Source: Amoebophrya sp. A120 (Eukaryota > Protista > Dinoflagellata). Taken from it: DNA of 64,000 nucleotides. The stretch spans positions 835,386 to 899,385 of the forward strand of contig CAJINV010000016.1 of NCBI GenBank assembly GCA_905178155.1, in the 5' to 3' direction. The position numbers and the translations under genes are program-made. The notes under the pieces were generated by a model that was not told the origin of the DNA, did not search any database, and worked only from the letters and a program-made list of their open reading frames with translations. Shown piece after piece: positions 54,614 through 64,000 of this stretch. Within the stretch, counting starts at the first letter, position 1. Each line of letters opens with the position of its first letter.

Positions 54614-56757
54614 AGAAGCGAATTGATCATGCGGCGCGGATGCTGCGAGTGCGACGCACACGCGGGATTGTTTTTTTTTGAAGTAGATGGCAACAGTAAG
54701 AAAGTCTTAGGGAGAAATACTTAATAAATCAATCATCAGACAACAGAAATCAAGTGGAATTGAGTGCAACTATCTCAGAGATGAAAAGAAGTGCGCCTGT
54801 GAAACACACTGGTAGCACACGAATATCATTTTTGTTTTAACGCTTGCTATGGCGTTGGCTAATTTTTTTTCATTGAAGTTGACCTAGTACAGAAGTAGGG
54901 ATGTGCTCTGGTGTAGTGTCCGCTACTAGTAGTCCGACTGCACTGGTTTGTTCGAAACAAGACCACGATTTGATGAAGCAGCGTTAAGATGAAATGTAAC
55001 ATGGGCAGATCGACATACAGCAAGAGATCAGCATCGCGATTAAGAAGGTTCTTTTTTGCAACTCTTGATCTGCAGATCTGCGTGCGAGATACAACTGCGA
55101 CCAGCTTTCTAGGATCTGCAGCTGCAGCAGCGTTTTAGTTTTTTGTCATCATCATGATACTGCACAATAGATCCGCGCATTGATTTTTGTCTCCTGCCGC
55201 GAGGCCGTGAAAGGCAAAGATCAAGATCTGCAGCGTTTTGTTTTTGTCGAGCAACAAGCTTGACCTCCGCGGCGTTTTCAGATGCGATTTGCGTTCTACA
55301 ACTTGTCCCGACTCCTTGCATACTGGCGGGAGTTCATTTTTTTTACGCTTTTAAGTACATGCGCCTCGTTCTATCGATCCACAGCGCGCGTTAGGAAAAA
55401 GGGCAAGAAACCCACGAGGAGGTGGATCGTCCATGATGCATGCCTGTGGATGCAGTTCGCGAACAAGAAGTTAGAATTTGTCAAAAAGTTTTTCATACTC
55501 CATTCATGGTAGATGTAGCATACAACGTCGTTTTTTTTCCCGAATTCATCAACAATAAAAAAAAAAAACGTAGCAAACTGTAGCTAACTGCTTCGTCCAC
55601 GAAGACGAACGCGAAAAATCTTCTAGACAAACATAAACAACTTCTACACCACTTGAGAAAAACGTGTCAACCGTTAACATTTTCGACTTCACTTCACTTC
55701 AAGAAAAACCAAAATCAAATAATCGACTGTGCTTCGCTTGCAATTTTCGGCATTTTTGTTTGCTATCACTTAATTCTCTCCGATTTCGTTTTCGAGAGTC
55801 CAACATTGATTGTTGCAATCGGCGACTGCATCTATCGCGTTTTGCAGTGTTTCTTTTTTGCTTTGTTTATTTCTACTTTCTATATACCTATGCTTTTTTC
55901 AAAAATGATGATGCCCGTAGATCAGGAGAGTCAACTACTATCTTTGGAACTTACGATGGATATGGACACTTTGCTGACCCTGGTGCTTGATAATTCTACG
56001 ACAGCTGAACCTTCTTCCTCCACGACAACTATTACCGCCATGCCAACCATTACCGCTTCCGACTTGATTCTCCGGCATCACAAACTTGGACGGACGCATT
56101 TTAAGTCTCGCGACAGCCGGCGGCATTACGGATGTAAGCATAGTGGAGAGGTAAAACAGCATCAGTATTGAGGTTAGGACGAATCACGTGTGCCTGGCAG
56201 CGACGGACCCCAGAAGTAGGGAACCGCGAGGAGAGCAACTGGAAGCGTCTTCGTAAACGTGAATTCACCGACTCAACAGAGGGCAACGTTAATACGGACA
56301 CAAGGACGGCACTGTAGCATGTTGCAGCTACTTAAGTGAATGCTCGCTTCTCACTTGAATGATCACCACAGCCTCACTGCTAGTCGTGGTTGATTTTTTT
56401 TTAAGTACTTATTTGTCGTGTGAATTTACATTCGCATTTGCACTTAGAAAAAAAAGTTGATATCATGCCACGACCCACCGTCACACACAGGCTAATCGCA
56501 GGAACGGCGCGAACAAGCGGCCTTTATACGTCACCGACACATCGGACTACACCATAGGACGAACATCAAAAGCACCACCTACTGCGGAACGGTAGAAGCG
56601 GAGTCACCCTACCACACGCAACAAGGACAAGCAACTGAAATTTCATCCAAGACAATTGCCACCACGCCCCTGGCGCAACCAACACCAACTCGAATTCGGA
56701 GTCCGATTTGGGAACCGCGTAGTCCTCGCCGACCCATCTGCGTCGAGCAAAGACAAG

Positions 56758-59700
56758 ATGACAGCGTCGTCAACTAGTACGAGCACGAAGGCTGCGGCCT
56801 CGTCCTCGGCCCGGCGGAGCGATTTTTCTGGAGGAAGCGGGAAGAAGATGAAATCCCCACTACACTACAGCACAAGAACCGCGGCTGCTGCTGCGGTAGC
56901 TCTATTCCAGGGGCTGCTCGTATCGCAACACATAATCACGGAAGTTAGCGCCGACTGCCTCCCCGGCAGGTACCGGCACATTCTCAAGCACAAATGGGAG
57001 ACGGAAGTGAAAGTGGTTTCAAATAACGCAGCTGCAGCAGCAGGAACCAACGACGAGGAAGCAGTGCCACCAGCGAGTCCAGCTGCTGGCGTGGATTTAA
57101 TATTAACCGACGAAAATAACACGACTCCTACCCCTCCACCTGTCGAAGAAACCACTTTCCTCAACACCGAGGACTCGAACCAGGGCCCGAAGTGGGAGCT
57201 CCCGCTCTGGCTCCAGCACAATCTTCTGCGGGGCAAGTGGCACTTCAAGCAGGTCAGGTACGATAATGAAGTCGGGAACCAGCACAAATGTCATCTCCCG
57301 ACCATCGAGAACATCCCCCGAACCAAGGCCGAGTGGCTGAAGCACAGCGAGAACCCGCAGATGTTGTTTGAGAAGTACGGGATTTGCCCGGCGTATAAGT
57401 TTTTCAAAACGGTGGAAAATCTCCGCGAATTCTACGACCCAAGGTTTTATGAGGAAGTGACGAAGCAACTCGAACTGGCTGATAATAAAGACCCAAATGA
57501 CCGGAAGTACAAGGATAAAGACCCGTTGGAACGGTCCGCCGACCAGCGGGCTTTTAATCTGCAGTTTGTTTTCCCGGAGTTGAAGAAGCAATTGTCACCT
57601 GGGGATTCTGTGCAAATTTCCCGACGCTCCCATGGGTTGCAGGACCGGCTCATGCAGCGGTTTTCTGCGACGAACGGGAAGGAAACTATCAGCCAAACCG
57701 CGACCTTTGAAATCGAGGTGTGGAGTCCAAAGAGCCCGCGGCCGCAGTTGTTTATGCTGGATCCGGTGAAAATGAAAGAGGAAAAGATCGCGATGAGCTA
57801 TTTCTGCAACGAGAAGTCGGAACTGTCTTTGGTGTTTAAGACCAACGAAGATCAGGAGAAATTGGCCAGTTACAGCGATCCGGTTTTGTTGTACAAGGGA
57901 AGTAGTGCTGGTGGTGGGACTACTGGGGCGTTGCCGAGCGGAGCTAGCCCTCGAAACGGCAATTTATCTGGAGACCACGCGGTGATGACTCCGGTTGTGG
58001 GGCCCGCAGCCACGCCGGTTCTCGGGCCAATGAGCGGCAGTCCTAGAACGGGTGCAGCAGGGACTGGTGCACTCGCAGCAAATCCTTTCTCTCTTTCCCC
58101 CGTCGTTGGACCGGCGGGTGTACAACATCAAAGCACGACGAAAGTTCATCCCGAAGTCGACCAGGATCTGGAGAAAATCATGATGGTTGTCGATCACGAC
58201 GACGCTGCTCCAGGTGTAGTTCCGTCTCCGACTTCTGTGTATGAAGATGAATCCGGTATGATTTCTGATGAACATCAGATCCCGACCGAGTTTTCCCTCG
58301 ATTTAATCAAACTCGAGCCCGAAGCTTCCGATGCGGAAGCCGCCTGTGAAGCCTATGGATTGCAAAAGTGTCTGGGTCTGGAAGATTCTAAACTTGTAAT
58401 GCTGTCACTGGATTCTAAAAAAATTTGTAGTGCATGACCAGCAAGAGGACTCCAGTTCGTGCCACGCAGAGAGGGCATTTCTCATGCGGTAGAGGCATCG
58501 CAACGCCCTTTAAAAATATGTGATGCTAGGGCATGCATCACAGACATCATGGGTCATTCAAAATATGCATGATAAACCTGGCAATTTTCCAGAGCCAGAC
58601 ATTTTTCCATTTGATAAAGCCGGGGAATATACCAGTTGGACCGGCGCACACACGGTGATGCTGCCGAAAAATCTGCGGCAAAACGTATCAAATGTAAAAA
58701 TGTCTGGGTCTGGAAGAATGCATGTTTGTCATGCTTGTCTGGCATGACTCTCAAATCTGTCATGCACGTTACGCAAGAGCTCCATTTTTCTATGAGACAG
58801 CAACGCAGTTTGTCATGCAGAATAGGCAACACCTAGAAGCTCAGAAACTTGTGATGCTGAGCCAGCATTTGTGGCCTCATCATGAGACGCCACCCAGCAT
58901 TACAAGTTTCCAGACCCAGATATTTTTGCATTTGATAAAACGAGAAGGAATCCAATTCACTCGCTCTGGCGGACATCACACGCAGGTTTGACAAAAGAAC
59001 CACTATGCTCGAGTGGTCCGGAAACCCGCTCGCGGTGCTGGAACTGGAGAACGTGGAAGTCAAGTGCGAGGCGTTCAAATTTGCTGCGGACGGGGTGACG
59101 AAGGTTTTCCTAGGTAAAACGCATGAAGATCGCAAAAATAAAGCCGAGGACGTTGACATGCTAGCAGCCAGTTCAACCGCCAGTGCAAATAAAACCACCT
59201 CCATCGACGAGGATGCGGCGCGGAGCCGGAAGGTGTTCGCGCAGCACCACAGCCAGAAAACGAATTTTCCCGGATCTTTTGCCTTCGCACCGATGGAAAT
59301 TGACGAAAAAGGCAACGAGGTGCAGGAAAAGGGTTTTGTGTCGACCGCGACGGAAGAGCTGCATGTCGATAATGACGGCACGACCTTTCCGTTACCTACT
59401 TCTCCGAAGATCTACGATGAGCTTGTTGCGACATTCAAACGCACGCCGCGGTTTCAGCTCCCGCCGAACCGTATCAACTGCAAATATGTCTGGGTCTGGA
59501 AGGATGCAACTTGTGATGCTATTTTTGGATTCTGAAAAAATTTGTATTGCATGACCAGCAAGAGGAGCCCAGTTCGTGGTACGCGGAGAGGGCATTTCTC
59601 ATGCGGAATAGGCATCAGGAAGGTTTCTAAAAATCTGTGATGGTAGGACATGCATTACAGGCGTCATAGGTCATGCAAAATATGCATGACGTCTTCCAGA

Positions 59701-62700
59701 CCCAGACATTTTTACATTTGATAAACCGGGAGTCGGCGCAGATTTCCGACAACGTGTATTTCCCCTACGAGAACACGGAGAACGTCATGGCTTTACCCGA
59801 TGGAACCACCGTCATCCATAACGAGAACGCCGTCGTGACCCAGACCACCGCAAATGTGGATGCCGGAGTCATCCAAATGCGGTTTTCCCGGTATTTGGAA
59901 GATCCAGATTTTTTGGAAAGGGAACTGGATCGATTCGAAAAGCAATTTCCGGCGTGGATGAGTGCGGAGCAGTTAGTTGCGGAAGGGTATGTGCAGAAGA
60001 AGGACAAGTACAAAATTCTGGTCGCGCGGAGACAGCGAAATTTGCTGTTTGACAAAGCCTATGAACTGCAAAAGTATCGCACTCGTATAAATGCATTACA
60101 AATCTCCTCAGCATGAGAAATAAAATTTGTAATGCGTTTTGACCTTAACAACAGGATTTGTAGTGCATGATTGCAATACGAGTGCGATACTTTTGCACAG
60201 GATAAAGCCGAACACGCCTACGCGTTAGCGGATATTCTGCCATTGGGAATCGAGGAACGGACGGACAAGATTCCGTATTGGATTTTTTTCTGCTTTTTTA
60301 GCCCTCCTTGCTGGGCTTTTATTTTCGCATGGGACTTGCTTTGTGTTAGTGTTTGTCGCCTGTGCATAACAGAATGACAGGTTGTGTGGTCTGTGTCTGT
60401 CTAATCCAGCATAAAGAAAGTTTTGTGGTTTAAGTACTTACTCACGTTATCCAGAGTCTTCAACTTAAAAAGAAACCGAACCTATCAGCCTTCTCTCTTG
60501 GTCCGGCCTCGGCGAGTGGTTTTTCGACAAATTTGTGCCTACCGACGGCGACCGAAACCAGCGGATGGGTGGCTCCTTAGACCACATCGCGCTTCGCAAA
60601 CCGAACGAATTACGCCAGTGGTTCAACAAGCGACGGGATGAGGGCACGGCTTTGCACAAACTCGCCGAGGTTTACTACAATTTGCTAAATGACCAGAAGT
60701 GGCAGAACCACATTGAATTTCTCTCCAACAAGAATCCGGAGTGGTCTTTGGGGTTTTTGATTTTTGCGAAGGAATTTGTGAAGAACATCTGGCAAGCCGA
60801 GCCTTTCGCGACGGAGTTGCGCATGTACTACCGGCCATTGCTGATTTCCGGCACGACAGACATGCTGTTTCAAAGGACCAACCCTCGCACCGGCGAACTG
60901 GAATTCATCATGTGCGACTGGAAGCGGATGGCGGTCTATGGATTGCAAATGTGTCTGGGTCTGGAAAGTTCTTGGAACTTGTATTGCTGCTCTTACATTC
61001 CTGTGAAATCTCTATTGCATGACCAACAAAAGTCGCAGCCTCTCTCGTCATACAAAAACGCAGCTTTTCATGCGGACTGCGTATGAGAAAGCGTTCTCCA
61101 TCAAACTTGTCATGCTTTCCCGCATAAGGAAGGGTTCTCTTGATGCGCATTTTAGCATCAGAAATTTCTAGACCCAGACATTTTTGCATTTGATACGGTC
61201 CTGGACAACCGACAGTATTCCCCGACGGAACAAGATTTGTCGCAGGAGCAGCTAGAGCTCGCGGAGGATCACGAGTTCGACCGGATTTCTGCGAAATTTC
61301 TCGAATCCGCCCCTGACTACGTGAAGAACAAGCGCAACAGCCGGCTGTTTTACCGGTTGGAATTGGTGAAGAAGGCCTTTCAACAGCCCTGGATGATGAA
61401 TCGCACGTTTAAATACTCTCTGCAGCTACGGAATGCAGAAGTACTGTACTTGTAGTAATCTTCGCGATCCCTCATCACAAATGTGCTTTTTTAATGCCTG
61501 ACCGTGCATGGCAAATCCAAATGTTACCTTTGCTTCTGAAAAAATTTGTGATGCAATTACTACAAGCGCGGTACTTTTGCCATGCATAACCGCTATTGTT
61601 CTACAAGTGGATGGCGGAATTGGTGTACGATATCGAGATCAAGTACACGTGGATCGTTATCCTGCATAAAAACGTCCCCACCTCCCCGGAGTTGTCATGC
61701 AACTGTGCAATGACAGGAACATCTGTAATGCGCAGCTCCATGAGAGGTATCGTATTTCCAGATCCAGTCGTGTTTTGGAATTTGTAATGCTGTAAACAGG
61801 ATGACAAGATGGCTTTTTCGTGTAGCTTCCGTTGCCAACTAGCACTACACTGCATGAGGCAAGCTTGTCATGCGCAACTCCCAAAACTTGGAGATTTGTC
61901 TAGCAGATTTCCCGACATCGTGAGTATTGGGATGTGGGGACGTTTTTACAAATGATAATCGTTCTGATCAATCCGGTGGAAAAACTCTCCGAGAAAATTA
62001 TGACTTGCTCAAACGTTACAATCTCAAACGTTACAATAGAATCTGGAATTTGTGTTGCATGATTAGCATGACAGACTCGCACAGCGTCCCACCTTTTGCA
62101 ACACAAATTTCGCCACATTCTAGTGAAGATTGAGACTCCGGATCTTATCATGCGCAGTCCTATGAGAGTTGGCTAGATCATGCACTTCTTGCATCACAGA
62201 CTTCCGGATTCTATTGCAACGCTTGAGATTGTAGCACCTGAGCAGGTTATAAAAATGATCTTCCTCGACCGGAGAATCGGGGTCGAAGTGTACCCGGTGG
62301 ACGGGTGGACCGACCATTTACATGCGTATGCAGTGCAAAAGTATCGTACTCGTACTAATTGCAGTTTATGCATTACAAATCTAGTTCTTAAACGTAAATC
62401 CGCATTACAAATTCAAGTCTGTAAGTAATGCTGAGCCAATTTGTATTGCGATTTATACTAGTACGATACAACTTTTGTACAGGATAATGCGCGACTGCAA
62501 GCGATCATCCAAACCCGGCACGAGAGTCTGCTCGCAGCAGGTTACAACTGGGGGAACGTGGTGAAGGATGTTGAGCCACTGTACCCAACCGTGAGTTCCC
62601 TGGACGAGTTGCAGACGGAGAAGTTACCCGCTTTGCCGGTCAGGAAGTCGAAGCCGGTGTATTGGCAACATCTTCAGGCAATGATGTTAGGTGGGACCAC

Positions 62701-64000
62701 ATCTTCGCAAAGTACTATGGACAACGACTTGGTGAAATTCCACGACTTCAGTCTCCAATTGCAGACCATCAATGCGAGGTTTGGGATCAAGGACATCGCG
62801 TTATCCGACGTGTTTCTTCTCGACAGCTCCGATGGGACGATCGTGAAAATTCTCGATCCCGTCAAGTGCCGGGAAATCTTCGCGCAGGGCTGTCTCAGTT
62901 TGAAGGTCGGGGATCGCATTGAAGCATTTTGGAGGAGGCCACTGGATAGCAGCAGTGGTTCTAGTTTGAATCGAAGCGGATCCGCCTCTTTTTCCCGGAA
63001 TCATGGTCGCAGTACTACATCAGGAGCTGCAGGAGCCTCCGCGGCGAGAAGTACAACATCCTCTCCCTCTCACCAGCAAAACCAGTTCCACAAGCACCAA
63101 GCCGACGACTTGCAGCAGATCCAGCAGAGAGGCAGGGAACTTGCCTCGGACAACAACAGCAAAACCACTTGGATCGAGACCCATCCGGTGGAGCGGCGGG
63201 AATTCGTCCGAAGACCGGTTTTCAACTTGCAAAAAGTCCTGATCGTCCGCGACCGGTTCAAAGTTGCAAGGGACCTGACTTCCGTTTTCGACAAAATCAA
63301 AACCGAAAACTTCGACCAGCCGACGGTTGAGAAGATCAAGATGTTCATGCCCGGGTATGATGAGGTCTATCAGAAGGTCCACGGCTTTCCGGTGGGCACG
63401 CGCATCTGGAACAAGATCACCGGCTCCGTGGGCGAAATCGTCGCGGTGGAAAGTAGTTCCATCGGGAACGAACTCTTCGCAACAGTCCGGTTCTGCACTG
63501 ATGTCTGCCGGGAGGTGGAAGTGGCCCAGGCGGTCTTGCAGTTCCCATTGTGGTTTGCGAAACGGGGCTACGCAGTGAACTTTGAGGTCACGTTTGACGA
63601 GTTTGTGTATGTCCGGAATGCGTTTGAATTGGCCATCAGTGACATGGACGAAGAAGCGATTTCGGTGTTACAGGAACCGGTGCAAGAGTACAAGCAGCAG
63701 GAACAAATTGTACAAGCAGCGAATGGACGCGCGAACAATGGCAACCCGAATAATGGTGGTGTACCAGCTAAGAAATCTAAGCCCGCGACCCCGAAATCCA
63801 CTACCTCTGCTTCCAACATCCCTCAAACGGACAAGATCCAGGGCCGGATCCCCGTCGGCGCGGTGGGAATCGTGCGGAACGTCGAGCGGAAATTGGTCAT
63901 GGATAGTGACCACGACGATGGTACTCTGACGGTTGTGTCCGGGAGTACTAACAGTTACCAAATTCTCGACGTGGAATTTCGGTCCCCTCTGCTCGATTTC
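56758..64000 (+). CDS. Large protein with signal-peptide-like N-terminus and a PD-(D/E)XK exonuclease-like domain; truncated by window end
   Basis: One frame after removing 9 introners and GT-AG intron 60275-60488. Motifs RDEGTALH..E, FATELRMY..ISGTTDMLF..IMCDWKR, KYSLQLLFYK. Confidence 0.8.
58354..58616. mobile_element. Introner, family A
   Basis: Family A TIRs; TSD AAGCC. Confidence 0.9.
58686..58937. mobile_element. Introner, family A TIRs with a different interior
   Basis: TATCAAATGTAAAAATGTCTGGGTCTGGAA / TTCCAGACCCAGATATTTTTGCATTTGATA; TSD AAACG. Confidence 0.9.
59472..59723. mobile_element. Introner, family A
   Basis: Family A TIRs; TSD AACCG; interior close to 58354. Confidence 0.9.
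60060..60204. mobile_element. Introner, family B
   Basis: TGCAAAAGTATCGCACTCGTAT / ATACGAGTGCGATACTTTTGCA; TSD AAGCC. Confidence 0.9.
60937..61195. mobile_element. Introner, family A
   Basis: Family A TIRs; TSD CGGTC. Confidence 0.9.
61427..61588. mobile_element. Introner, degenerate family B
   Basis: TACGGAATGCAGAAGTAC / GTACTTTTGCCATGCATA; TSD GCAGC/ACCGC; removal restores YSLQLLFYK. Confidence 0.82.
61658..61957. mobile_element. Introner, family C
   Basis: TATCCTGCATAAAAACGTCCCCAC / GTGGGGACGTTTTTACAAATGATA; TSD ATCGT. Confidence 0.9.
61999..62251. mobile_element. Introner, singleton family with long TIR
   Basis: TATGACTTGCTCA..TACAATCTCAAACGTTACAATAGAATC / GATTCTATTGCAACGCTTGAGATTGTA..TGAGCAGGTTATA; TSD AAAAT. 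Confidence 0.9.
62327..62486. mobile_element. Introner, family B
   Basis: TATGCAGTGCAAAAGTATCGTACTCGTA / TACTAGTACGATACAACTTTTGTACAGGATA; TSD ATGCG. Confidence 0.9.

Noticed and set aside
55653-56171. 172-aa hydrophobic ORF
   Set aside because: Non-ATG start, T-rich, no motif; insufficient support as a gene.

Overview
Eukaryotic, gene-dense window with about 14 protein-coding genes, all on the + strand. They include adenylate kinase, a RINGv protein, a divergent histone H3 (CENH3 candidate), CDC5/CEF1, CHMP1/Did2, EI24, MsrA, a PAP2/dolichyl-diphosphatase-like phosphatase, a GT34 glycosyltransferase, several secreted or unknown proteins, and a large protein with a PD-(D/E)XK nuclease domain that runs off the right end. 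The dominant signal is 25 MITE-like introners (115-533 bp) inside coding sequences. They have TAT(or TAC)...ATA ends, terminal inverted repeats and 5-bp target-site direct repeats, and none is GT-AG. Removing each one plus one repeat copy restores the reading frame and conserved motifs. This architecture matches what is reported for the parasitic dinoflagellate Amoebophrya (Syndiniales); the taxon is my inference. Decayed target repeats place the likely splice register 1 nt upstream of the element. The 14 canonical introns nearly all start GTAY and several share the introners' internal GCATGACA motif, suggesting an introner-to-canonical-intron continuum. All gene models were derived by hand without transcript data.
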